In this document: piece after piece, positions 1 through 13,113 of the stretch
How the letters are laid out: every line of letters starts with the position of its first letter
Position numbering within the stretch: the first letter of the stretch is position 1
DNA from: Pseudogymnoascus verrucosus
Lineage: Eukaryota
NCBI GenBank assembly: GCA_001662655.1
Contig: KV460216.1
Reading direction: 5' to 3' (one strand)
Length of the DNA: 64,000 nucleotides
The notes under the pieces: model-generated
What the model was told of the DNA's origin: nothing
Database searches by the model: none
The model's input: only the letters and a program-made list of their open reading frames with translations
Made by a program: the position numbers and the translations under genes

Positions 1-1052
1 ATGCAGGGCCAGCATCAACATAGATGGCTTGCAGGTGTATTCGTGAGCCAACCTCATCGCCCCAAGACCAAAATACGGCGAATAAATATTGGGTGTCTCG
101 AAAGTAATGATAGTGTGGCTGAGGGTGTGCGAGTCTTCGAAATGGTGTCCTAGGCAACATTTGCAGTTGTTGTTCTGCGCGTATTCGATTTGAGAAGGCA
201 GGGGAATAACCAACTCCATTTTAGCCCAGAGAGCCATTATAGCCAAGAGAGAGCAGAGAGACCAAGATAGATTCTTGAGAGAACAGGGTTGTTCAGAAAC
301 GAAGACAATCTACCCGCCGAAAACAGGTAAACTCAAAGATGATTTTCGATAGAGACATCCACAATCTCCATTTCCCAGAGTTCGTTTTCGAAATGGCAGA
401 CCAAAATGATATCCAATAAGGATAGAAAGGCAAACAGAAAAATTGTAGTGATGTTGAAGAAGTCTGTGATGGTGGGGAGGCGGGAGGGGACGGGTTTAAT
501 GGAAAGAGGAAAGAATAAACATTGTGTGCTGACGAGCGGAAAAGAAGGAAGGTGCGTTGTAAAAGTGCGAAAGAAGAAGTTGCGTGTAGAAATTGTTTGA
601 AATGAAGATCAGAAGAGATGGAAGATATCCAAGTTCGAAGGTGAATTTGAAATTGAAAATTATCCTCGGAAATCTAGCTATGAACAACACTTGGTGTTGG
701 TCCTCAAATTCGGCAGTCAAGATGAATTCAAAAACATTTTCATTTTCCAATCGAACCTTTGGGCCCGCCTGCACTCGACTCCCAAGATCAAAATTTAGGC
801 AGGAACCACCAACGTGAAGGAAGCAAACCGACAATTATATTTCCTTTTATTAAAACCAATCTATTTCCCTTCCCAGGAACCTATAAAAACCCAATAATTT
901 TTCCCGGAGCAGGTATCTCCCTGCAAACATCTAATCCCATTTACCTTCCAAAAGCGTGAGTAGATAACCCCAACCGCGATGCAACAAAATAAAACACCGC
1001 TGAAATCCCACGCCGTAGGAGAGACCAAAGTTCTACAGAAAACTCGAAATCT

Positions 1053-2735
1053 TTACAACTCCACCTTGTACTTGATCCGCAGCTTCTCACCCCACACCGA
1101 AATCCACCACGGCACCCATATAAACGCCAGCGCCACGAACGCGAGCAAGCTATTTCCCCATCCGAGTCCAAGGGCCTTATACATATCCTGGCCCGCGAGC
1201 GGCAGGACCGCACCGAGGATACACCTAATAACCGTGTTCGCCGCCAATGCACTGGCTGCATAGACGGTGAATGCGTCGACCATGTACATCTGGATGGACA
1301 TGAAAACGCCCAGGTTGCCGATGCCGATGAGCAACGTGCCCAAGATGGGTACGATGTAGTGGACCTTGTACTGCGCGGTCCAGCCATAGATGAACAAGCC
1401 GGCTGGGATGAGTACGGAGGCAGGGAACAAAAGTGGGAGGCGGTACTCGGGTTTGTAGACCAAATCCTTGTCCTCAGTGCCAGGAGGGCAGTCCTTGCGC
1501 GCGTTGGATTTGAGGATGCGGTCGGACGTGGTGCCGGTGATGACCAGGCCCAGTAGAGAGCCTAGTCCAATGCCGAGGAAGGAAAGTCCGACGGAGCCAG
1601 AGGAAAAGTGGTATTGGTCCGCGAAGACGACGGAGAAGGTCGTGAAGAGGAGGTAGAGGTAGCCGTATACCACGCCCATGTATACCGACAGAGTGAGCAC
1701 GATGGGACTTAGGACAAGGAGTTTCATGGGGCGCACGATGGCGCGGGCGAACACTTCGCGCGGCGTGAGGCCGGTGTCGAGTTTTGACCTCAAGTCGGTG
1801 TTGCCGGTTTCCTTGATCAGGCGGGCAGTCTTGCGCGCGAGGAGCACTGGCGCATAACTTTCTTGGAGGAGGGCGAGGCACATGAGCGAGAATACTCCTG
1901 TGGTGATGGCGAGGATGTAGAAGATCCAGCGCCACCCGATGGACTCGGCGGCGAATCCTCCAGCCACGGGCCCAATAACTGGTCCGAGGAGGGGTCCGAG
2001 AACAAACCCGGACATAGCTATCCCGCGGCGCTGCTGTGCGATGAGATCGGCAATGGTGCCTCCACCGATGGTGAGACACGCAGAGCCTGCCACGCCAGCT
2101 AGAAAGCGGAAACCGATGAGCATGTTCAGGTCTGTGGCCAAGGCGCAGGCGACGTTGAAGATGACGAAGAGCGCGTTCGTTACGTGGTACACGGGCACGC
2201 GACCGTAGATCTCGGAGAGTGGTGCGAGGAATAGGGGCCCGACGCCGAACCCTAGAATATACACTGAGACGACAAATGAGGCTAGTGTTTTGGAAGTTGA
2301 GTCGAATTCCTTCATGAGAGATGGCACGCCAGGGGCAAACATGGCTGAGGGATGGATTAGTGTCTAGTCGATCAACACGGGATGAGATCAATACGTACAG
2401 GATGCGAGCGGCGCGACAAAGGTCAGCATACTGACGAGAGTGACGTTTCCTGCCCTCTTCCACCTTGGCCAGTTCATCGGGTTCTGTGGATCATCGGGTC
2501 CATCCCACCAAACGATGTTCGGGTCCGTGATCTCCTCCTCCGCTGGCTTCTCGCCGCCCTCGACGTCTTTCTCTGCGTCTACCTTTGGGGCAGCGACACC
2601 CGCCTCCTCCAGCTTCTCATTCTGGACCGATCCATGGACAGAGTCGACGTCGGTCTTAGATCCAGGTGTTGCCAGACCCTCTGCAACGAGCTTATGCTCG
2701 TTCTCCAACGAATGGGTTGATACGGAGCTCGACAT
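1053..2735 (-). CDS. MFS drug:H+ antiporter (DHA1 family, Tpo1/Flu1-like), 2 coding exons
   Basis: WDGPDDPQNPMNWP motif before TM1, APLSEIYGR motif, GPLLGPVIGPVAGGF, PEYRL and many hydrophobic segments. Intron 2346-2398 (GTACGT...CTAAT...CAG) joins the two ORFs in frame; probable 5'-UTR intron at about 2750-2970. Confidence 0.93.
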
Positions 2736-3730
2736 GGCTTTGTGCCAACTGCAAGACACCCATTGTCAGTTTGATAATCCAGTTATACATCACGGGCCAT
2801 TGGCATCGTCGTCGACTTTGAGTTCAAGGCCGAGGCTGGTTGAAGTTGTCTCGCCCGCCATGCCAATACCATGCCGCGCGAGCCGGGGTGGGGTAAAAGT
2901 TGGGGTCGTGGAGAGAAATTCCCGCTGCGGGAGGCGGAGAGTGCGGAGTCGTTCTCCATTAATCACGTACCTGGAAGCCAAAGCAATTATCACAACTTCT
3001 GCGCCAACTGCTGTGCTTGTTCAACACTACTGTTCTTTGGTTTGGAGGTATCAGCACAAGGCATAGTATATATTTGATCAGAAAAAGCCTAGATGACTAC
3101 TATTATTGTGAAATCCGTAGGAGTCAGAGACCCCACAGTGTGCTGATCCTATCCCTCCATGGCGTGGAATCGGGGTCGGAAAGTGTTGAATCGGTTTCCA
3201 GCTTAAGGCCGCACAAAGCAGCCGCTCTAGCTGGATCCCTACCTCCTTTTTTGACCATCGAAGCTGTCATTGGATGGGTATATCGGCACGCTTGACATAA
3301 TTGCGAAATGCACGCCGATGCACACGTGAAGCATACCAACAAGCGTGTTAGCTCGATGTTAGCTCGATGCTAGGCTGACGCCCCGATAAGTCCTATTTCC
3401 GAAGGCGGAGCATCCATGGAGTGTCCGTGGAAAGTCCATGGAGAGTCCATCGAATAAACTTTCTTGTTGCTAATAGGGTGCATAACGAGTATCAGGGTTG
3501 GATAATGGGTGCATAACGGAGGGATAAGTGACAATAAGCTGGCGTCCTTTCCGACTCGCCGAGAGACATGCCCATTTTATCCGCCGACGGTCGCACTCAA
3601 TCCACGAGGCGCAACTTACGAAACATGGCACCCAGGAATGAAATCTCCGGATCGGCGGTCGATTTCAGAAGGCTGAGATCCTATCATTGTCGCGTTGATG
3701 GAGGTGTCGCACCGTCTCCTTTCTTTTCTC

Positions 3731-3820
3731 GAGGCCGAGTCCAGTTTCTTCTTGTGGGGCCGAGCCCGCTGTCATATCTCGAGGCCAAGTCCGCTGTCAT
3801 CTCTTGAGGCCGAGCCCGCT
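3731..3820. repeat. Tandem repeat, 25-bp period, about 3.6 copies (GAGGCCGAGYCCGCTGTCAT...)
   Basis: Units start at 3731, 3756, 3781 and 3806, about 1 kb upstream of the MFS gene. Confidence 0.8.
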
Positions 3821-4824
3821 TTTTTCTAGTGAAGTCAAAGCCTGGCGATATTTCCGCGTTGACGGTCAGCCATGCGCAGCCATGACAGGGCAGCTGCGTG
3901 AAGGTTCATGCCGTGGCTGTAAGACCCCGTGCCTCCCTCGTGCAACTTGACTTGGATGTGGCTTCCTGCAATGTTTCCCCAGAATGAGGGTCTGGAACGC
4001 AGCCTGCCAGTGAGGCAAGCGAAGCTGACCTACATGGTGGCTCGACATGAAGCCAAAAAGTCGTGCCTATGGCGACTGGGTAATCAAATCGATGCGCTCG
4101 TATCTGCATCCCCCCCTCGCCAATATTTTGTAGGTGGCATAAGCCCTCTATTTGTACAGCCATCCCCGGTAACCTTCGGTAGGTCGTCGGTAGCTGTTAG
4201 GCTATGCGACATTATCATATGAATAGTATCTAGGGTATGATCTGATAATGCAGCTAAAGAAATATCCCGCTTGGGAGGGATTTGACAGCTTATGTTATTA
4301 TAGCTTCTTATAGGTAAGTAACTGAATGTGGTTTAACGTGGGGTGCTACTATGTGTGGGTTTGACTCAGTTGTAAGCAAGGGAATGGTATGATAATGAAC
4401 ACTTGAAGCAATACAAGTGCGATCAGTACAAGAACTGCGACCATGAACCCGTTAAAGTTTATATGTATATATGTATTCCCTTTATAAACAACTATTTTAA
4501 TTGTTTACCTCGTTCACAAACTTTCATATGTTCCAGTGCCTAGAAGACCCGTGATTCATGACTATCAGGTCAGAGCACTTGGCACACGTGGAATCCATCA
4601 AGGTGACCAAAATTTAAGTTTAGCGGCAGCTGCCGCACAACCTCAGCTGTCAACCCTCACCACCGCAGGCAGCCATCCAAGTTCAACACTGCCTTTCGTC
4701 CAGCTGCAGGTCTCGTAATTCTCCTGCGTCAATAAATGGGATGGTTTGAAACACTGCTATACCTCCGATATAAACAGCGACAGTTTAAAGAGCTTGCGGG
4801 CTATATACCCTCTAACACGAGACC

Positions 4825-6873
4825 ATGGACAAGTACCTCCCCCCCCAACCTCCAAACCGCCAGCTGCAACACATCTAACTCCACTCCAGATCCTTCTTCC
4901 GCCGCCAGTCCGACGCCTCTCGAGGCAGCTCATCCAACGCCCTCTCCTCCCCCTCCTCCCACGAGCTAAACGACCTCCTCCCACGCCCCTACTCTGACCA
5001 CCCCTCCTCACGCGACCGCTCCCTTTCCTCCACTGGGGAATCGCGCTTCCCCGCCTACTCCTCAGCCCCTCGATCCGACCGCTCCCGCTCACAGAACAAA
5101 CACGTCCAGCTCTCCATACCCCCGCCGATAACAGCGAGCGTCCTGCTACCAGCTATAAACTTGACGTCCTCTGTATCCTCGACACAGACGCTCACACCAC
5201 GACTTAGCGGGAGGAATATCGCGCCTTTGATACGGAGGGAACGGGCGCTACAGGCGGAGATACAGGAACTTCTCGATGCTCAGTCCGCCGCTCTATTACG
5301 TGTGCGCGCATCACCGAAATCGCAAAATGGCAACACCGGCGGCGGCGGGAGGACCTCTAAATCCCCGTCCAAGCAAGCAGCCACCCCGCGGACCCTGCAT
5401 ACAGCACGTCTCGGCATCTTACGCGCTCTACACAGCCTTCTCGAGCTCTCACAAACGAAACACTCCATCCTCCTCAGCACACACACGACCCTCCAAGCGA
5501 CCCTCACGCAACTCACGCACTGGCAGCGTAAACTCGCGGACCTAGACTCAAAGATCCACGCCCTCTCCCCTCCCCCCTCCATCTCCGCCCCCTCCGCAAC
5601 TTCTCCGCACCGCAACCACTCCCTCCCCCCTTCCAACGACCGCTCCCTGCTGCCTAATGACATACCCGCCCTCGACCGCGAGATTAACAATCTCGAAGCG
5701 AGGTTACACACCCTCCGCACCCACCGCCGGCTCCTCTCGCGCGCGCTGCTCGAGCAGAGAAGTAGGCACGAGGCGCAGGCTAGTAGCTGGGTTGGCGCGA
5801 AGCGCGAAGTTGAAAGTGAAATCTCTGCGTGGCTGAGGAGGCCGACAGAGGCGCTGGGACTGGATGGCGAAGTGGCGGGGGAGGGGGGGGAGATGGATGC
5901 TTTTCTCTCCTTACCCCCTGGACGAAGGACGTTGGGGGGGGCGATCGATGCTATCCGCGCTGTTATGGCGGAAGTCAGAGCGCAGATGGAATCCGTAGAG
6001 CGAGAAGGCGACGCCGTAGAGAAAGGCGCGGGGGTTTGGGAGAGTGTGTTAGAGCGGGTATTGATGTTTGAAAAAGAGCTGAGGGTGTGGATGAAAGGAG
6101 GTGCTGGGGGAGCGGAGGAGGTGCTGGAAAAAATGGGGAGGGTGGGGGGAGAGATTGAGGGGTTCGCGGGGGTGGTGGAGAGGGAAGGGTGGACGTTGTT
6201 GGTTTGTGCTGTTGGGGCGGAGTTGGAGGCTTGGAGGGAGGGAGAGGGGGTTTTGAGGGGGGTTGTTGGGGGGGGTGTGGTTGCTGGGGTGGAGAGGGGG
6301 ATGAGTACTTCACCTCACCAAGGTCCGGGGAGGGGGGATGAGGATGTGAAGGGGAAGGGGAAGAGAGTCGAGAATTTCAACTCCAGCATGGGCAGCGAAG
6401 GCACGGATATCTGGGGAAGCGCCCTTGACACTCCCAACCCCTTACCGGACGACGATCTCAACAACGCATCTCACCCCGCCACCTACTCCCCCGACGACTT
6501 AACCACATCTCAGCACCCTCCCCGATCTCTCAGCCCAACACCAAGTCCGAGCCCCACTTACCCCCGTCCCCGCAGCACGAGCCCGGAGGCAGATGGAGAC
6601 CCAGATTTCAATATCGAGCTTGAGGGGTTGAAGTTGTCGGGCGGGACACCGACGATCAGGAGTCCTGCGTTTGGTGGTGGTGGGGGTGGGAGTGAAATTG
6701 TGACGAAGCCTGGGAAGGAGAGATATAGGGATAATGATGAGGAGGAGGATGACGAAGGGCCGGGAGAGGATTTATTGACTGAGCTGCCAACGGAGGGGTA
6801 TAGAGATGCGGAGGACGAGGATGATGATGAGGGACCGGGAGATGATTTATTGGTTTCTCCTGAGGAGAAGTAG
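4825..6873 (+). CDS. ATG28: Atg28-like coiled-coil autophagy protein
   Basis: ATG at 4825 and intron 4833-4889 (GTACCT...CTAAC...CAG) lead in frame into ORF 5161-6873. Motifs LQAEIQELLDAQSAALL, FLSLPPGRRTL and WTLLVCAVGAELEAWREG resemble filamentous-fungal Atg28 annotations. Confidence 0.7.
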
Positions 6874-8138
6874 GGGGGTTTGAGGCATGGTGTTGGGGGG
6901 TTGGAGGGTTGGGGGTGTATTCTATGGTATTAGTTTGGGGGATGGTATTTTGGGGAAAGGAAGGAAGGCGGGGAGGGAGGGGGGGACAGAGGCGTTGCTT
7001 GATGCTTGCTTGCTTATACCCATGACGTACGGAGCGTGCGTTTGAAATTGTATGAGGTTATTTGGTGTTGTAGCTATAGATTAAGTCCGTGGGAGGGAGG
7101 AAGCAAGGGGTTATAATATTCATTCTCACATCGCTCATCTACACCGAGACCCCTCATCAACTCCCACCCTGCTCCTATCAAACACCACACTTCAGCATTC
7201 ACCGTATCCAACTAAAACATTCCTATAACAGTTCTCCATCCCATAGTCATCACATAATCACCTCCCAAATCCCACTCATCCTCCTCCTTGTCCCAGGCAG
7301 TATAACTATACATCACGTGACACACCCTCACCCCCCAACTCCCCACTAACACCAAAAAGGCAACCCCCACAGCCACAACAAAAAAGTATCGGGTATCCTC
7401 GGGCGAAAAGCACCCGTCGATTCCCCACACAACGGGCTTTCCTTATGAAAGTCACGGGCCTCGGTTCCTGGATTCTCGGGGGAAAGTGTAAGTGTGTGTG
7501 CTTCTACATGCACGAAGATGGGTGGTGTTTTTCGTGTGCATTTTTTTTGCTGTGCATATGCTGAGCTTGACTACTGGGCTATTTTGTCTTGGTATTGGTA
7601 TTGCATATTGCATATTGTCTCGACGATGGGGTTTGTGTGCTTTGGAGCGGTGGGGGATGGGATGTGATAAGTCGCACGCACGGATGGATGGATAGGTAGG
7701 TGAACAGGCGGGACTGAATCTTCACACGAACGGACACACGCAATGCCACAAGAAAAGACGTGGGTTGTGCAGACAGACGCATGCTTGCATGCTTGCTTGC
7801 TTTGCATTTGGAAATCCCCAGAACGCCGCCAGTTGTCCAGTTGTTCCCCTGCGCAAAAAGACGGAGTGAAGTTCCTCTCTCCCTCTCCTCTCGATCGATC
7901 GATATGGTATGGTATGTACAATTCCCCCAACAACTACCAAGTCGGTGGTAGGTCATCCTCTTTCTTTCCTTCCCCGAGGGTTAATCCAACATCACTTCAG
8001 TCTTTCAATCATTCTCCTCTCCCTTCCCTCCCTCTCCTCTTTCTTTCATGCATTTGGTATACCCTCCCATCACCTCCTCCTCCACCATCCCTCCCCCCCC
8101 CAATCCATCATCTCCTCAAAATCAACCCCCCAAACCAC

Positions 8139-8727
8139 CTATCTCACATGCTTAAACCACCCGCTCGCCGCGGCGATGGTGACGGACTTATCCATGACCC
8201 ATTCCCCGACGTCGAGGTAGGTGTCGATCCATTTCTTGACGTCTTTGTTGTCGGTTATCTTATCGGTGTTGAAACTGGGGCTGGGGCCCAGATGGGCGTT
8301 GTTAGTCCTGTGGTCTTGTTGGGAGTTGTGTCGAGAGAGAGAAGAGGGGAGGGGGGGAGGAAGTTGTGTGGTGTGTGGAAGGTGGCAGGGAGGGGGTATG
8401 GAAAGACTCACGTCAAACCCGTCGACCTCTTCATTCCCGCGAGGATAGTTGAGACTGTGACGACAAGGTTAGTATCCGCGCCAGGTACATCTGAGGCACC
8501 GGGAAATAACTTACTGAGCACAGCATCAAAAGCATAGTGAGTTAACCTCCCAAACTTCCCCCACAGACCAAAAGTTAGCAGGTTGAGGAACTGAAAGCGT
8601 TGATTAGGACAGCAGCAACAGCAGCAGCAACAGACAGTGCAGGTCTCGTGCGTGGTGGACAAACGACACCACAGCTGGCGGGTGTGACCGGGGTGGATGG
8701 GAGAGAGAGGATGGGACTCACGACCAT
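8139..8727 (-). CDS. DUF1748 family small protein (YPR010C-A-like), 4 exons
   Basis: Three canonical introns give MV-FGRLTHYAFDAVL-ISTILAGMKRSTGLT-PSFNTDKITDNKDVKKWIDTYLDVGEWVMDKSVTIAAASGWFKHVR. Confidence 0.85.
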
Positions 8728-9080
8728 GATTGCGCTGGGTTTTGTTTAGCGATATAAAAGAGAAAAGGTATGTGAATCTCGAATACCCGGTGAGGATATA
8801 TATGAGGCTGATCGGTGTGCGTGGGGTGGTGTAGATGAGGCTTGTTTAGGTGGTGGGTGTTGATCGGCTCGGTGCGTTGTTGCTATGGGCGGGCAAATGT
8901 GTCAAGTGGGTGACGACGGACGGGGAATGTGACGAAGCGATGGATGGATGGGTGACGACGGACTAGCACATGAGGGTGTTGTGGGATGCCGGAGTTGAGC
9001 TTGTGGTTGTTGTGGGCGACCGGAGAAGGCACGTGCGAGAAATGGGGATATCACGTGGGGATGGAACTGACAACTCGGGC

Positions 9081-9170
9081 AAACACGACAAACTCGAAAA
9101 ATGAACAAAACACGACAAACACGACAAACACGACAAACACGACAAACGGGGCAAACACGACAAACACAAA
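9081..9170. repeat. 9-bp minisatellite (AAACACGAC)n, imperfect
   Basis: Four consecutive perfect units plus scattered copies in the DUF1748/pyruvate kinase intergenic region. Confidence 0.85.
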
Positions 9171-10113
9171 ACAGCACTCCTAGCAACACTCACCCACCGT
9201 ACACCAACACTGTGCGATTACGGAAGACCTCAATGGTTAAAACGGCCGCACGGCCCGATTGAACATCCGATTTCGCGGCCAATCAGCTTGACACGTTCCG
9301 GTGTTTGTGGTGATTTTAGTGTTGGATTTTGGGTGGTTTTGAGTGGTTTTTTGGGGTGGTTTTAGGTGGTTTTGGCTGGGGTTGGGAGAGAGCTATGCTG
9401 TGCTGTGCTGTCAGAGATTTGGAGATTCTGACTGAAAGTTGCGCCGTCAAATTTTTGTTACGTTAGAGCGAATTGCCCACCTACGAATTAATTGCCTACC
9501 AGGAATTGCCCACCGCCTTCTGGGAGACAACTTCCATCGTCAACGTCAGCGTCAACTTTCTTCGCCCCTCTCTTTCTCTATCTTCTCTCTCTATACAACA
9601 ACTACAACTATCGCACCAGAACACCACAAAAAAAGGTCTATCGTCATATCTTCCCTTGTGAGTATTTGCTTCTTTTCCACTTCTTTATTTCCTATATTCC
9701 TATATCTATCTACCCCTCAAAACAACCTCCAACCCCCCCTCAATGCGCATCATATTCGGCGCCTTGGCTTGATACATGACAGCATGCAATTGGGGGTTGG
9801 GGGGGTCGGGGCGGGCAGCCTAGCTTATCGGCGAATCTCAACGCTTCACCCACTGCCCCACCAACAAACGAGCAGAATCGGAGAATACTACGAACCAACC
9901 ACCTAAAGCACATTTATCCCATTTAACTTCTTTGATCAAGGCTGATATAATCTTCTTTTTTTCTCTCTACAGCTGTCAATCAAAGGTCAAATACATCTCC
10001 AACCGCTCCGACCTTCGTCTTCTCTCCTCTCCTCTCCAAACCAAAAACCCTCATCCAAACTCGAATAAACTTCTCCCCCCCACTTACCTACCCCTCCCCT
10101 CAAATCCTTCACA

Positions 10114-12256
10114 ATGGCCACGGCTTTGGAGCACCTCTCCAACCACACCAAGATCGCCTGGCTGAGCGGCCTCGACACCGAGTTCAAGCCCACCAAGAAC
10201 TACCGCCGCACCTCCATCATCTGCACCATCGGTCCCAAGACCAACTCCGTCGATGCCATCAACAAGCTCCGCAAGGCCGGCCTCAATGTCGTCCGCATGA
10301 ACTTCTCCCACGGCTCATACGAGTACCACCAGTCCGTCATCGACAACGCCCGCGAGGCTGAGAAGGTCCAACCCGGTCGTCCCATTGCCATTGCTCTCGA
10401 TACCAAGGGACCGGAGATCCGCACAGGAAACACAATCGGTGATGCGGATCTGCCCATCTCCGCGGGTGATGAGATCAACATCACCACCGACGACAAATAT
10501 GCCGCCGCCTCTGATACCACGAACATGTAAGCTGGCCTTATATTTTTTTATCTTCTTTCTCCAACCACTCCCAGTTCCACCAACTAACACCCACACCCAG
10601 GTACGTCGACTACAAGAACATCACCAAGGTGATCGCGCCCGGCCGCATCATCTACGTCGATGACGGCGTGCTCGCCTTCGACGTCCTCGAGATCATCGAT
10701 GACAAGACCATCCGCGCGCGCGCCCGCAACAACGGCAAGATCTCCTCCAAGAAGGGCGTCAACCTGCCCAACACCGACGTCGACCTCCCCGCCCTCTCCG
10801 ACAAGGACAAGGCCGACCTCCGCTTCGGCGTCAAGAACAACGTCGACATGGTCTTCGCCTCCTTCATCCGCCGCGGCGAGGACATCACCGCCATCCGCGA
10901 GGTCCTCGGCGAGGACGGAAAGCACATCCAGATCATCGCCAAGATCGAGAACCGCCAGGGCCTCAACAACTTCGCCGAGATCCTCAAGGAGACCGACGGC
11001 GTCATGGTCGCCCGCGGTGACCTGGGTATCGAGATCCCCGCCGCCGAGGTCTTCGCCGCCCAGAAGAAGATGATCGCAATGTGCAACATGGCCGGTAAGC
11101 CCGTCATCTGCGCAACCCAGATGCTCGAGTCCATGATCTACAACCCGCGCCCCACGCGCGCCGAGATCTCCGACGTCGGCAACGCCGTCACCGACGGCGC
11201 AGACTGCGTCATGCTCTCCGGCGAGACGGCCAAGGGCTCCTACCCCGTCGCCGCCGTCACCGAGATGCACGAGACCTGCCTCAAGGCCGAGAACACAATC
11301 GCATACATCGCCCACTTCGAGGAGATGTGCAACCTCGCCGTGCGCCCTACCGCCGTCGTCGAGTCCGTCGCCATGGCCGCTGTCCGCACCTCCCTCGACA
11401 TCAACGCCGGCGCCATCCTCGTCCTCTCCACCTCCGGTGACTCCGCGAGGTACCTCTCCAAGTACCGCCCCGTCTGCCCCATCTTCATGGTCACCCGCAA
11501 CGCGTCGGCCAGCCGCTTCGGTCATCTGTACCGTGGTGTCTACCCCTTCCTTTTCAACGAGGAGAAGCCCGATTTCTCAAAGGTCAACTGGCAAGAGGAC
11601 GTCGATCGCCGCATCAAGTGGGGTATCGCCGAGGCTTTCAAGCTGGGCGTTCTCACCGAGGGCGAGAGCGTCGTCGTCGTTCAGGGATGGAAGGGTGGTA
11701 TGGGTCACACTAACACGTAAGCCTCTTTCATTTCCTATTTCTCCCAAAATCACCTCCTCCCCTCTTCTTCACCACTGCCCCCCCTCCCTGCAATTAACCC
11801 CCCGCCAAAAAACTCGGATCTATGTCTCTAAAACTGCGTCCCATCACAATAGCATCAGAGCTCTCACCGTCGACGATGAAGTCGTCAAGCTTGCTAAGCT
11901 CCCCAAGCGCTCGCGCGGGGTGTCGGAGGCGCAGCTGGGGGGTCCGCCCGCTAGCGGTGCCAGGGTGTCCGTTGCTTCTTCGCCGAAGCAGAGGAGGAAG
12001 TAGATCGTTTGTTCGGTCTATAGTCCATCTACAGATCTATCGGTGGACCGATTGGATACGACTTGAGCACGAGACACCGGCCGGAGAACACAATTTCTTT
12101 TCTTTTCGATCACCAAGAGGCAGAGATCGATAAAAGCACACACACATTTTTTAGATTTTGAATTTTTTTTCTTGGAAACAGTCACTAATTACCTTTTCGC
12201 AATACAGCCTCCGCGTCATCCAGGCAAGCGAGAGCCTCGGTCTTGCACAGAACTAG
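10114..12256 (+). CDS. pkiA: Pyruvate kinase; exons 10114-10526, 10601-11716, and terminal exon 12208-12256 or alternative 11853-12003
   Basis: [73 protein letters not shown]. Strong C-ending codon bias; probable 5'-UTR intron 9658-9972. Confidence 0.98.
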
Positions 12257-13113
12257 ATTTACGCCGCCGCGCGCGCTTTTTAAGAAAAATGAGAAAATGA
12301 TATGGGATGGGATGGGATGGGATGGGGATATAAAATGAATAAGAAAGACCAAGCCGTGGGTACGCCGCGGGTGGGGGGACCTGATAGGTCGGGTCGCGCG
12401 AGGGGATTATGGGATGGATATGGATAGATGATGAATGTAGGGTGGATTAGAGTGAGCGCGGTGCATAGGATAGCGTGGGGGATAATAGACTTCTTCTTTA
12501 CTTTCAACTTCACCCTCTTTATCCCTACAATGCGTTTGTCTATTTACCTATAAGCCACCAGCTACGAACGAGAGAGAGTCGGGGAAATAAATCAACGGCC
12601 TCGATGCGCTGCGGCGACACGCGGCGACGATTATCACCGGCGCCTCCGAACCGGATCTACCTCACCCCCTCCCCTCCCCTCACCTCTCCCACAAACTCAC
12701 CTCCGCCTCCCCCTCCCGCGAAAAATGCGTGGCGGCGGACAGGCAACTCTTCGAAAAGCTTGTACTTCCCTAGCGTGGAATCGCGGTACCATCGGAGTCG
12801 TCGGGGTCGTCGGAGTCGTAACGAGGTATGATATGCAGAATGGCCGGGGCTTGGCAGGGGTGACGCCCAACGGTCCGAATGCTTAACACTAAGAATCCTT
12901 GACAATACAGTAGGAGCAGCTAGCTTCTGAATAGCGCCATTAACGAGAGACGACGTGGGAGGTTGTGTGTGGGGTAAGCTGGGGGTATAAATATATGGCT
13001 GGATATCCCGATGGCGGGGGAGGTGGAGGGGGGGTATTGTGTCGCGAGCTCGATTCTGAAATTCGGGGTTGTTGTTATATATAATTCTCAAAATCCGACG
13101 GTGGACATTCACG

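Noticed and set aside
1..312. Minus-strand open frame running off the window start (MALWAKMELVIPLP...)
   Set aside because: No recognisable motif and truncated by the window edge, so no gene call can be supported.
1474..2463. 329-aa Arg/Pro-rich ORF overlapping the MFS gene on the same strand
   Set aside because: Alternate-frame artefact of GC-rich coding sequence.
7743..8537. 264-aa plus-strand ORF
   Set aside because: Low complexity and antisense to the well-supported spliced DUF1748 gene.
10584..11525. 313-aa antisense ORF inside pyruvate kinase
   Set aside because: Expected shadow of the extreme C-ending codon bias; no recognisable motifs.
12001..12300. Cryptic peroxisomal targeting of pyruvate kinase by splicing or readthrough
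   Set aside because: Neither terminus (-RRK, -AQN) nor either readthrough extension (-DTT, -MRK) is a PTS1, and the stops lack the TGA-CTA context.
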